A stretch of 64,000 bases of DNA, taken from an uncultured Rhabdochlamydiaceae bacterium. Its GTDB lineage: Bacteria; Chlamydiota; Chlamydiia; Chlamydiales; Rhabdochlamydiaceae. The notes beneath the pieces are model-generated. The model made no database searches. It saw nothing but the letters and a program-made list of their open reading frames with translations, and was not told the origin of the DNA. A program made the translations under genes and the position numbers. The stretch lies in NCBI GenBank assembly GCA_963712275.1, contig CAVQHD010000001.1, positions 1,568,001 through 1,632,000 of the forward strand, read 5' to 3'. Shown piece by piece: positions 9,979 to 18,756 of this stretch (within the stretch, counting starts at the first letter, position 1; each line of letters begins with the position of its first letter).

Positions 9979-10066
9979 GCCCTTTTAAAATAAAATGCAT
10001 GAGCAATTCACGCCTTTGGCTTTTTCCTTCGTGAACGTTGCCGTGCCCGTTCCCTTGCCCGATCTT
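9927..10066. repeat. Inverted-repeat element, family B, copy 1
   Basis: 39-bp perfect arms (aagatcgggcaagggaacgggcacggcaacgttcacgaa and its reverse complement) around a ~62-bp spacer; homologous to 40357-40545. Confidence 0.92.
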
Positions 10067-10104
10067 TTTTTCTCTAAAATACGATAACCTGCTATAAATG
10101 CCCT

Positions 10105-10758
10105 ATGTTTCAATCTCTAAAGAAAAACTTACTTGCGGGACTAATTATCCTACTGCCGATTGCTACCACGATCGCCCTCCTGAGTTTTCTGATCAATTTA
10201 TTTACCAGCCCTTTTGTCGATGTCGTCACAACATTCTTGATCAAGTTAAAGATCTCTTTCAAAGGATTTTTGTTTCTCTCTTCTGAGCAAGTAATTCAGT
10301 ATGCCAGTAAACTGCTCGTTCTCATTTTACTGTTTTTTTTAACCATCATTTTAGGAATTCTCACTAGGTGGATTGTCATTAAATCCCTTCTGTCGTTTGC
10401 AGATAAGCTCGTGCATAAGATTCCGGTGATCAACACAATTTATAAAGCCTCGCAAGAGATTATCAAAACGTTCTTCAAACCTGATCAAACATCCTTCAAG
10501 CAAGTCGTCATGGTTCCTTTCCCCCATAAAGAGGCCTATGCTCTAGGACTTGTCTCTCGCGAGTCTCCCTCAACCTACACTGAAGCTGCCGGATCAAAAC
10601 TTGTTTCCGTCTTAATCCCAACGACCCCCAACCCCACATCCGGATTTCTTCTCATGTACGATCCAGCCGATCTCATTTACATCGACATGAAGCCTGAGAC
10701 CGCAATTAAATATATCGTCTCCGGAGGGGTACTAGCCCCTGAAAAGAGGCATTCATGA
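10105..10758 (+). CDS. DUF502 family membrane protein
   Basis: LLAGLIILLPI, IPVINTIYKA and IPTTPNPTSGFL motifs. Confidence 0.9.
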   Translation: MFQSLKKNLLAGLIILLPIATTIALLSFLINLFTSPFVDVVTTFLIKLKISFKGFLFLSSEQVIQYASKLLVLILLFFLTIILGILTRWIVIKSLLSFADKLVHKIPVINTIYKASQEIIKTFFKPDQTSFKQVVMVPFPHKEAYALGLVSRESPSTYTEAAGSKLVSVLIPTTPNPTSGFLLMYDPADLIYIDMKPETAIKYIVSGGVLAPEKRHS

Positions 10759-11390
10759 AAAAGTCGTTCTCCACTGGTTTAGTGATCTTGCTGCCGTTTG
10801 CCCTTTCTTTATGGGTTCTAAAGTACCTCTTTGATCTTTTCACCAATCCCCTCTATCACCTCATTGAATATGTTCTGGTTTGGTATGAACACAACCATGG
10901 AATAATGCCTACCCACCACGACACGCTTGTCCACTTTTTTAGCCGGCTTGCGGCGCTCATTGCGACCTTTTTTCTCATCATCATCCTAGGCTTTTTAGGG
11001 CGAAGATTCTTTTTCCATTCGCTCATAAAGACCACCAACAAACTGATTTTCAAAATTCCAATGATCGGCGCTCTATACAGACTGACAAAAGACATCACAA
11101 AAGCAATCCTCTCCTCTGACAAAAAAACCTTCAAGGAAACTACTTTAATCCCGTTTCCATCCCCAGGATCTTATTCTATTGGGTTTGTCACAGGAGACGT
11201 CCCTTCAGACCTTCAGCAGCTCCTTCCTTCTGTAGACGTCACCGTCTTTGTCCCGACAGCCCCGCATCCCATCTCAGGGTATGTCCTCTTTTGCCCTCGC
11301 TCATCGCTGCGCCCCCTTCAGGTCTCCGTCGAAGACACCTTTAAATTTTTGCTCTCTTGCGGCGTCATCCACCCCACCAACAAAAAATGA
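10755..11390 (+). CDS. DUF502 family membrane protein (tandem paralog)
   Basis: FSTGLVILLP, IPMIGALY and VPTAPHPISGY motifs. Confidence 0.9.
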   Translation: MKKSFSTGLVILLPFALSLWVLKYLFDLFTNPLYHLIEYVLVWYEHNHGIMPTHHDTLVHFFSRLAALIATFFLIIILGFLGRRFFFHSLIKTTNKLIFKIPMIGALYRLTKDITKAILSSDKKTFKETTLIPFPSPGSYSIGFVTGDVPSDLQQLLPSVDVTVFVPTAPHPISGYVLFCPRSSLRPLQVSVEDTFKFLLSCGVIHPTNKK

Positions 11391-11773
11391 ATACAAAGAT
11401 CATCTTTTTCCCCGTCCAAACAACGCCTCTTAAACTTGCCAAGATCTGCGAAATTGGCAAACGGCATTTTGAAGGCAAAGATCCGCTCCTTTTCTTACTC
11501 CCCGATCAGACCGCCTATGATTTCTTAGATCGGCTTCTGTGGGCCTCTCCTCCTGAGAGCTTTCTCCCACACCCCTCCAAACTCATCCACCTCAGCCTGC
11601 ATGTAGATCCTGCCTACTTAACCATCTTCAACCTATGCCCCACGCCTCTTGCCTCCCAAGGACTTAAAACCATTTATGAGATCGAAGACCACACCTCTCC
11701 AGACAAGCGAAAGCTCTCAGAGCTCAGGTACCACTCCTACAAAGAGCAATCCCTTCAGATTATTTATGGTTAA
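11387..11773 (+). CDS. holC: DNA polymerase III chi subunit-like protein
   Basis: LDRLLW...ESFLPH motif and C-terminal RYHSYKEQ; ATG overlaps the upstream TGA. Confidence 0.8.
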   Translation: MNTKIIFFPVQTTPLKLAKICEIGKRHFEGKDPLLFLLPDQTAYDFLDRLLWASPPESFLPHPSKLIHLSLHVDPAYLTIFNLCPTPLASQGLKTIYEIEDHTSPDKRKLSELRYHSYKEQSLQIIYG

Positions 11774-13017
11774 GCAATATAAACATTATACAGGGTTTGT
11801 GGAATGGCGCGAATTCCTCCGGTTTTTGCAGCATAGAAGATTGCATTCCAGAAAGCCCTCTGAGGGCATGCAGCCTCTATAATCCAGCCCAGTTGGCCAG
11901 TAAAGCTAGCTCGAGCAAACTCTGCGACAGAAACTTTCGTTAACAATCCATTATGCGTAAGGTATATTGGATCTATCAATCCAAATAAAGTCCATTTAAT
12001 TGGATCTGCTTGAAACATCGTTAGCAAAGATAAACTATGAAAACCAATTGCAAAGAGGTAATCAGCGACTCGATTAACTTTTTTAGCGACCTCTTTAACC
12101 CGGCTCCAAAGAGTTGGCGGAGAAGCCGCAGATACGTCGAGTAAGAGTCCTTTTAAAGCTTGGAGCCGTTTTTCAGGTGATATCTCTGCTAAAATATTTT
12201 CAGCATCTTTTCTTGAAAAGATTCCTTTTTCAATCAGTTTTAAATCAAGGTACCCATTCAAATTTTGATCCCATCCAAGTCCTGCTAGAACCTCATTCCA
12301 GTCACTCACACGAAATCCCGCTTCCGATAGCTTCATGAAAGGCAAAAAATCATCATCGCCATTCAGACCATTATTACTAGTCTCCTCTTGCCTGTCTCCA
12401 CGCGCACCAAGAGGCTTTAATACATTCCCTTTAAGTACCCCTAACAACTGGTCTATTGCAGATCTGCCTTCTCGCTGTTCTTGTGGACTTATTTGATCAA
12501 GGGTTCGAAGCTTGTTAATCATCTCCCTACATGTCAAAGAAATCTCCCTCTTCATGGCATCTATATGCGCTTCTGCTGGATCTGTCTGTTGCAGAACTCT
12601 CTGCCACTTGAGAATAGATCTTCGAATACTCTGAATAAATATTTTTAGTGAATCTAACGTCAGAAGATCGTCTTTTTGACTGAAGTAGGCATAAACCTTT
12701 TTATAAAGGGGACTCCAAATAGGTGAAGAAAAGTGAAAAATGAACCTGATCCCAAAAAGGACACAGGACATCGTCGCAACTCGGTCTACTATGCCATAGA
12801 GATCAGGTGAGAACATCACCACTCGAGGCAACTCATAAACGTTGTTGATCTGTCTTAACTCAGAAAAAGCCTTTTTTGCCAGTTCAGGAATTTGAGAAAC
12901 TTCTAAACCATTTTCTACAATTTCCTTTATCTCCGACACTAAACAACAAATGATAATACTCGGATAGAGTGGAAACCCCGACATCAAAAGAAGCTGACCA
13001 GCCATTGTTTCCTCCAA
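11770..13017 (-). CDS. Hypothetical protein
   Basis: ~415-aa ORF with hydrophobic segments near both ends and a helical centre; no family recognised; start uncertain (ATG near 13005 possible). Confidence 0.7.
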   Translation of the reverse strand: MEETMAGQLLLMSGFPLYPSIIICCLVSEIKEIVENGLEVSQIPELAKKAFSELRQINNVYELPRVVMFSPDLYGIVDRVATMSCVLFGIRFIFHFSSPIWSPLYKKVYAYFSQKDDLLTLDSLKIFIQSIRRSILKWQRVLQQTDPAEAHIDAMKREISLTCREMINKLRTLDQISPQEQREGRSAIDQLLGVLKGNVLKPLGARGDRQEETSNNGLNGDDDFLPFMKLSEAGFRVSDWNEVLAGLGWDQNLNGYLDLKLIEKGIFSRKDAENILAEISPEKRLQALKGLLLDVSAASPPTLWSRVKEVAKKVNRVADYLFAIGFHSLSLLTMFQADPIKWTLFGLIDPIYLTHNGLLTKVSVAEFARASFTGQLGWIIEAACPQRAFWNAIFYAAKTGGIRAIPQTLYNVYIA

Positions 13018-13140
13018 AAAACATCAATAAAATTTTTAAGCTCGTTAAAAGTTTAGCATATTTTTCCTTTCAGTCAATTAAAAAACCCAATTTTGAATCT
13101 CTTCTTGAACCATTTTCGCCTCTCATTTACAATCCTCTTC

Positions 13141-13156
13141 TTAGAAGCTGTCTTAA
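13141..13156 (+). repeat. Family C element end remnant (TTA-GAAGCTGTCTTAA)
   Basis: Identical to the left end of the 51322-51490 element. Confidence 0.7.
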
Positions 13157-13171
13157 TATTGGAGAGATCAG

Positions 13172-13351
13172 ATGGTACGAATCAGCAAACAAGCTCAGCG
13201 GCGTGCAAAGTGCCCCCACCGGCCGCGGCCGCCTGCAAAAAAAACAGGAGCTAAAAAAGATCAGCTGCCCCAAGGGTTTAAACCCCTTGTGACAGCAATT
13301 ATAGATCCCAAACTTTCTCAAAAACTCTTCATTCCAAAGAGGATAGGATAG
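13172..13351 (+). CDS. Small basic chlamydial protein (CT421.1-like), 59 aa, missing from the ORF track
   Basis: GGAGAG RBS; MVRISKQAQRRAK...LFIPKRIG; lies directly before the PVC signature gene, as recalled for Chlamydia. Confidence 0.75.
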   Translation: MVRISKQAQRRAKCPHRPRPPAKKTGAKKDQLPQGFKPLVTAIIDPKLSQKLFIPKRIG

Positions 13352-13354
13352 ATT

Positions 13355-13516
13355 ATGACACGTCATCGCAGCTACGGAAGATCCAGCCAGTCGGCCAAAA
13401 AAAGAAACGTTCTTAAGCGGTTTGAAAGGGTCGATGTATTACGCAAACTGGGAAAATGGAAAGACGGCGAGAATAAAAAGGTGACAGGGCTTCCAAAAAC
13501 TCCCGTTTCCATATAG
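13355..13516 (+). CDS. PVC-superphylum small basic (signature) protein, 53 aa, missing from the ORF track
   Basis: MTRHRSYGRSSQSAKKRNVLKRFERVDVLRKLGKWKDGENKKVTGLPKTPVSI contains the RNVLKRxER...GLPK signature. Confidence 0.93.
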   Translation: MTRHRSYGRSSQSAKKRNVLKRFERVDVLRKLGKWKDGENKKVTGLPKTPVSI

Positions 13517-13519
13517 GGC

Positions 13520-13960
13520 ATGCGTCCTCTTGAGGGGCCTCGTATCAGTATCTTTAACCGTCAAACATCGCTTAAAATAAGCCCCATCTCTGTGAGGGGG
13601 CTGGTTCGTTTTTTTTTAGATCAAAAAAAAGTGAACTGCCAAGAAATTTCTATCTATTTTGTGGGCAAACGAAAAAGCGCCCTCTTGCATAAGCAATTTT
13701 TTAATGATCCGACTCCAACAGATTGCATGACATTTCCTATTGACTCCCAGTTTCTTGGAGAATGTGTGATTTGTCCTCGAGTTGCCCTTGAAGAAAATCC
13801 TTCAAACCCCTACGAGGAAGTCTCTCACTACCTTGTACACTCACTCTTGCATCTAATCGGCTATGACGATATCGATAAAAAGAAACAAGCCCTTATGCGC
13901 AAAGAAGAGCGCCGCCTGCTTGCCCTTGCAAAGAAATACCGATGTATACTGGAACCTTAA
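13520..13960 (+). CDS. ybeY: rRNA maturation RNase YbeY
   Basis: PTDCMTF and HSLLHLIGYD metal-binding region. Confidence 0.9.
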   Translation: MRPLEGPRISIFNRQTSLKISPISVRGLVRFFLDQKKVNCQEISIYFVGKRKSALLHKQFFNDPTPTDCMTFPIDSQFLGECVICPRVALEENPSNPYEEVSHYLVHSLLHLIGYDDIDKKKQALMRKEERRLLALAKKYRCILEP

Positions 13961-15258
13961 CTCTCGCTCTTTTCTTCTTACTAGGCGGGGCTGTCCTTGC
14001 TGGGATGACCACCGCCCTGCAACAGCTCGGCCGTCTGCGTGCCAAAGAGGAATTTAAAAAAATCTCCGCTCTTTTTTTCTTTCAACATTTCATGCCGTTT
14101 CTGTTCGGAAAACAGAGGTGGGAAGGGCTTTTTCTGACGCTCAGTTTTGGAAAGCATATCCTCCATCTCTGTTACGGCGTTGTCTCCTTGTTTTCGCTTT
14201 TGACGGAAAAGCCTTTTAACAATGCCTTAAAAGTTTTGGAAACTCACGGGTATGCTCTTGATACTTTATGGGCCTTGACAGTGGGAGGTATCATCATTGT
14301 CCTCTCTTTAGTCGCCGACCTGCTTTTTAAGTTTTTTGCAACAGCTGTCCCCCTTATCGCACTAAAAACCTTGGCCCCTCTCTCCTCTGTTTTTCTGACT
14401 CTTTTTGCCCCTCTTACCGCTTTCATTTATCGAATGCTCAAAATGTTTTTCCCTAAAAAATCAGAACCCCTTCCCAATGAAAATTCAATCCGAGACAAAA
14501 TCTTAGAAGTGCTCTATGAATCTGAGCTCTCCTCCCGTCTTGATCCCCAGGAAAGAAAGCTCATCTTATCCGTTGCTAATTTCAAGCAGCGCAGTGTCCG
14601 AGAGGTCATGGTACCGCGAATCGATGTCATAGCGCTTGCCGAAGAATCACCACTTACGGAAGCGGCTAAGCTCTTTCTTCAAGAGCGGTATAGCCGCCTT
14701 CCCGTCTATCACGACAACATCGACCATGTTGTCGGTCTTCTGCTCTACAAAGATGTCCTCTCGGCCTATCTGCAAAACCCATCTGCAGGCACAATTCGCC
14801 CCCTCATCAAACCTGTTCTTTATACACCGGAAACAAAAAAAATTGCCTCTCTTCTTCAAGAGTTTCGAAGCAAGCAGATCCATCTTGCCATCGTGGTGGA
14901 TGAGTACGGCGGCACAGAAGGGATTATTACGATTGAAGATATTTTAGAAGAGCTTGTAGGGGAAATCGCCGATGAAGATGATACCGATCAAGAAGTGCTC
15001 TATTCTCCCCTTCCTTCAGGCGGCTGGATTGTCGATGCCCGCATGACGATCTTAGACATTGAAAAAGAGCTCTCCACACAGATCCCTCCAAGCGCCGAGT
15101 ATGACACCCTTGGAGGGTATATCTACCACCGCGCTGGAGCCATCCCTTCTCGCGGATGGCGACTTCACCATGATAACTTTGACCTCGAGATCTTAAGCTC
15201 CGATGAACGATCAATCGAAAAAGTCAAAATCATTCCCCACGACTCTGAGCTTTCTTAA
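13942..15258 (+). CDS. Hemolysin-family CNNM/CBS/CorC-HlyC domain protein
   Basis: N-terminal TM region; VREVMVPR, YSRLPVY, VVDEYGGTEG, EDILEELVGEI and YDTLGG motifs. Confidence 0.93.
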   Translation: MYTGTLTLALFFLLGGAVLAGMTTALQQLGRLRAKEEFKKISALFFFQHFMPFLFGKQRWEGLFLTLSFGKHILHLCYGVVSLFSLLTEKPFNNALKVLETHGYALDTLWALTVGGIIIVLSLVADLLFKFFATAVPLIALKTLAPLSSVFLTLFAPLTAFIYRMLKMFFPKKSEPLPNENSIRDKILEVLYESELSSRLDPQERKLILSVANFKQRSVREVMVPRIDVIALAEESPLTEAAKLFLQERYSRLPVYHDNIDHVVGLLLYKDVLSAYLQNPSAGTIRPLIKPVLYTPETKKIASLLQEFRSKQIHLAIVVDEYGGTEGIITIEDILEELVGEIADEDDTDQEVLYSPLPSGGWIVDARMTILDIEKELSTQIPPSAEYDTLGGYIYHRAGAIPSRGWRLHHDNFDLEILSSDERSIEKVKIIPHDSELS

Positions 15259-15315
15259 AAAGATCTTTTTCACGACTATCCCAAAATTAAGTAATCGTTT
15301 ATAGCAAGGAATAAG

Positions 15316-16563
15316 ATGGCAATGCAGTCTTTGTCTATTCCTCGTAAAAAAAGGATCTTAATCCTCGTTAGTCGCGGGGGCGGTGGGCATAAAACGGCCG
15401 GCGAGGCAATTCAAAAAACGCTCGAGGATGCCTACGATGTGGAAGTCAATGCGGTTCTAGCAGATATCCTAAAACCGATGGATACGTTGAATGTACTCAC
15501 TCGAGGCTCTTTCACAGGCGAAGATCTTTACAATTTCCTTCTGCAGCGGCATCAAAAAAAACTCCTTCAGGGAATGATTCATTGCGGCAAGTATGTCATG
15601 AATAGCTGCCGAATTGAGCGGATTTTTGATAGATATTTGTCGAACCTTTCCGAGCGTCCTGATCTTATTATTTCTCCAACCCCATTTATTAATTATGGCG
15701 TGGCATGCAGCGCACATCGGCACGATATTCCTTTCATCATTGTCCCAACAGACTTAGATGGCTCAACATTTTTACATGGTTTCCCTAAAACGCCGACTCC
15801 CTTTAACTTGAAACTTGCGCTTGCCTATGATGATCCCCTCATTCGAGAAGCTACATTTCAAAAAACGAGGTTCTCCGATGAGCAAATTTTCATTATGGGC
15901 TTTCCTATTAGACCTGCTTGCACTCATAAATATAGCCCTGAGCAAGAAGCGCAGATTCGGGCCTCTTTTCATCTTTTTGAATCCCACCATACGATCACCC
16001 TTGTCATGGGGGCGGTAGGAGGGAACTTGATCTTAAATCATGTGAAATCTTTAACCTCACTCAATCCAAGAGCACATGGATTTAATTTACAACTCAACGT
16101 TTGCGCAGGATCTAACAAAACGATTGCTTGTAAAGTTCACGATTTTCTCCTTTCCCAAGGGGCGCGGTGTATAGGATCGCACACGTTCATTCTACCTTCT
16201 GGGTTTGTAATCCATCTCCGAGGCTATATCCCCAATCTCATTGACCTCATGGCTGTTTCAGATCTCATTATCACAAAGACAGGGTCATGCACTGTCAACG
16301 AGGCAATCTACCTTGAGAAAAAAGTGGTTTTAGATAACACGGAAAGGTCGACAGCCCGGTATCTAGCTTGGGAAAGATTTAATATCCCTTTCGTGGAAAA
16401 GCATCGAGTGGGACTCGCTTTTTCTGATAGCAGACAACTCCCCATGCTCATCCCCTCTCTTCTCAAGTATCCTGAAAGAGGCTCCTCCATTCTCGAGCGG
16501 CCTCCCTTCGAAAAAAACCTTCGCACCTTAGTCAAACAGCTGTTGACATCCTCCCCTCTCTAA
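15316..16563 (+). CDS. GT28-like glycosyltransferase (MGDG synthase/UgtP-like)
   Basis: GGGGHKTA, PTD, GFPIR and LMAVSDLIITK motifs. Confidence 0.82.
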   Translation: MAMQSLSIPRKKRILILVSRGGGGHKTAGEAIQKTLEDAYDVEVNAVLADILKPMDTLNVLTRGSFTGEDLYNFLLQRHQKKLLQGMIHCGKYVMNSCRIERIFDRYLSNLSERPDLIISPTPFINYGVACSAHRHDIPFIIVPTDLDGSTFLHGFPKTPTPFNLKLALAYDDPLIREATFQKTRFSDEQIFIMGFPIRPACTHKYSPEQEAQIRASFHLFESHHTITLVMGAVGGNLILNHVKSLTSLNPRAHGFNLQLNVCAGSNKTIACKVHDFLLSQGARCIGSHTFILPSGFVIHLRGYIPNLIDLMAVSDLIITKTGSCTVNEAIYLEKKVVLDNTERSTARYLAWERFNIPFVEKHRVGLAFSDSRQLPMLIPSLLKYPERGSSILERPPFEKNLRTLVKQLLTSSPL

Positions 16564-16575
16564 GACAGCTTCTAA
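16561..16575 (-). repeat. Family C element end remnant overlapping the stop codon
   Basis: taagacagcttctaa is the reverse complement of ttagaagctgtctta. Confidence 0.65.
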
Positions 16576-16585
16576 AAGGATAGAT

Positions 16586-17170
16586 TCATGTTGGAACGCC
16601 TAATTTTGTCAGATCGGAGAGCACTTGATCAAACGATTGGCAATGAATTGCCTTGATTCGGAGTCTTTTGGCGGCAACGATATTATCGTACCGGTCATCG
16701 ATGAACACGGACTCTTCGGGATTCAGCTGATAGGTTTTGAGAAGAGCCTCGTAAATTTGAGGCTGCGGCTTGATTGCCTTCACTTGATAAGAGAAAATCT
16801 GCCCTTCTGGATGCGTGAAAAAATCATGAAGCTGGATGAGTTCCTGATGCATTTCATGCGGCATATTTGAAAGAATAAAGATCTTATAGCCCAGCCTTCT
16901 AAGCGTATGAAAAAGATCGATCATCTCAGGAATCGGCTGCAGTTGTTTTGAAACTTGCGAGATACAGTACGAAAACGTCTCTTTATCAACGTGATGTGGA
17001 AGCTTTTCCATCAGTTCCTGACGAGAGAGGAGTCCCCCATCATGCATTGCCCATAGAAGCGACTCAAACACCTCACCAAAATGCCTTGGAAGATCAAGTT
17101 CCTGTAAAAACTTGGAAGGATTCCATTCGAGGAGAACGCCGCCAACGTCAAAGATAATATTTTTGATCAT
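16586..17170 (-). CDS. HAD-superfamily phosphatase
   Basis: IIFDVGGVL, LSN, KPQPQIY and FIDD motifs. Confidence 0.92.
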   Translation of the reverse strand: MIKNIIFDVGGVLLEWNPSKFLQELDLPRHFGEVFESLLWAMHDGGLLSRQELMEKLPHHVDKETFSYCISQVSKQLQPIPEMIDLFHTLRRLGYKIFILSNMPHEMHQELIQLHDFFTHPEGQIFSYQVKAIKPQPQIYEALLKTYQLNPEESVFIDDRYDNIVAAKRLRIKAIHCQSFDQVLSDLTKLGVPT

Positions 17171-17198
17171 AGGCTTTTATTTTAACCTAAAGAAAGGA

Positions 17199-18593
17199 TT
17201 ATGTCATTCGAGAAGGATCCATAATCTCATCAAACTGTTTTTCAGTGAGAAATCCGAGATCCAGGGCGGCTTTTTTGAGGGTCAAGTCTTCTTGATAGGC
17301 TTTTTGCACAATTTTTGCCGCTTTGTCGTATCCAATAACCGGATTAAGAGCAGTTGCCAACATAAGTGACTGATCTAAAAAGCGTTGAATCTGTTTCCGA
17401 TTAGGCTGAATTCCTACTAAACATTTATCGTGAAAGTTGCGAGCAGCATCTCCCAGAAGTCGAATCGACTGAAGAAGGTTGTAGATAATGACCGGTTTGA
17501 AGACGTTGAGTTCAAAATTACCCATCGAGCCTGCAATCCCAATCGCTGCATCATTACCCATGACTTGGACGGCCACCATTGTCATCGCTTCACTTTGAGT
17601 GGGATTGACTTTCCCTGGCATGATCGATGAACCAGGTTCATTCTCCGGCAGGATCAGCTCCCCAAGGCCGCACCGAGGTCCGGAGGCAAGCCACCGAATG
17701 TCATTGCCAATTTTCATGAAAATACAAGCAATGAGACGAAGAGCGCCGCTCATTTGAACTAAGGCGTCATTGGAAGCGAGAGCTTCAAACTTATTAGGCG
17801 CTGTGACAAAAGGATAACCTGTGAGCTGCGCAATCTTTGCTGCCACCTTTTTGTCATACCCCTTTGGGCAATTTAATCCTGTTCCAACCGCCGTACCTCC
17901 TAGGGCAAGCTCAAAAAGCGGTGGAAGGGCCATCTCAATCGTTTGAATTCCATGTTCAATTTGTGCGCAGTACCCTGAAAATTCTTGGCCAAGGGTTAGG
18001 GGGGCAGCATCCATGAGATGGGTTCTGCCGACTTTAACAACGGAGGAAAATTCACGGGCCTTATCTTGAAATCCTTTAAGCAATTGCTTTAAGCCTGGAA
18101 GCAGCTGAACATGAATGGCTTGCACAGTTGCAATATGCATGGCTGTCGGGAATACATCGTTGGACGATTGGGATTGGTTAACATCATCATTGGGATGGAT
18201 AGGTTTTTTAGAGCCTAGGACCCCACCTGCCTTTTCAATGGCTCGGTTAGAGATCACTTCATTCACATTCATGTTCGTTTGCGTTCCCGAGCCTGTCTGC
18301 CACACGACAAGATCAAAATGGGCATTGAGTTTACCGCTGAGCAACTCATCACATACCTCTACAATAGAATCTCGCTTTTCCTTTGAAAGAAGTCCTAAAT
18401 CGTGATTGACAAGGGCTGCGCTCTTCTTGACAAAGCCTAAGGCATGAATCAGCTCGATGGGGATTTTTTCTGTTCCAATCCGAAAATTCTCGATCGATCT
18501 TTGCGTCTGGGCTCCCCAATATTTGTCCATTGGAACATCGATCGATCCCAAGCTATCGGTTTCTGTTCTCACTTTTCCCGTCATCCGTAGCAA
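17199..18593 (-). CDS. fumC: Class II fumarate hydratase
   Basis: [27 protein letters not shown] and [11 protein letters not shown] motifs. Confidence 0.97.
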   Translation of the reverse strand: MLRMTGKVRTETDSLGSIDVPMDKYWGAQTQRSIENFRIGTEKIPIELIHALGFVKKSAALVNHDLGLLSKEKRDSIVEVCDELLSGKLNAHFDLVVWQTGSGTQTNMNVNEVISNRAIEKAGGVLGSKKPIHPNDDVNQSQSSNDVFPTAMHIATVQAIHVQLLPGLKQLLKGFQDKAREFSSVVKVGRTHLMDAAPLTLGQEFSGYCAQIEHGIQTIEMALPPLFELALGGTAVGTGLNCPKGYDKKVAAKIAQLTGYPFVTAPNKFEALASNDALVQMSGALRLIACIFMKIGNDIRWLASGPRCGLGELILPENEPGSSIMPGKVNPTQSEAMTMVAVQVMGNDAAIGIAGSMGNFELNVFKPVIIYNLLQSIRLLGDAARNFHDKCLVGIQPNRKQIQRFLDQSLMLATALNPVIGYDKAAKIVQKAYQEDLTLKKAALDLGFLTEKQFDEIMDPSRMT

Positions 18594-18657
18594 ACTCTCC
18601 CTGAAAAACAGTTGTAAATCTTTTGTTTAATTTGCGCAAGGTAGCAGTTGCGGGCTG

Positions 18658-18718
18658 TTGCACAGAGGATTGTTCTCCACTCTGTGCAATCTCATCTTCC
18701 TCGGTGTCTCTGTGGTGA
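18658..18718. repeat. Degenerate partial family A palindrome
   Basis: ttgcacagag-N-ctctgtgcaatctcatc...gtgtctctgtggtga matches the centre and right arm of 6991-7155. Confidence 0.75.
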
Positions 18719-18756
18719 GGTATTTTTTTATCTATAGCTTTACAACTACACCCTTA

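Noticed and set aside
12969..13366. ORFs 12969-13292 (+) and 13127-13366 (-), or an ncRNA in this gap
   Set aside because: Better explained by the two small basic genes at 13172 and 13355
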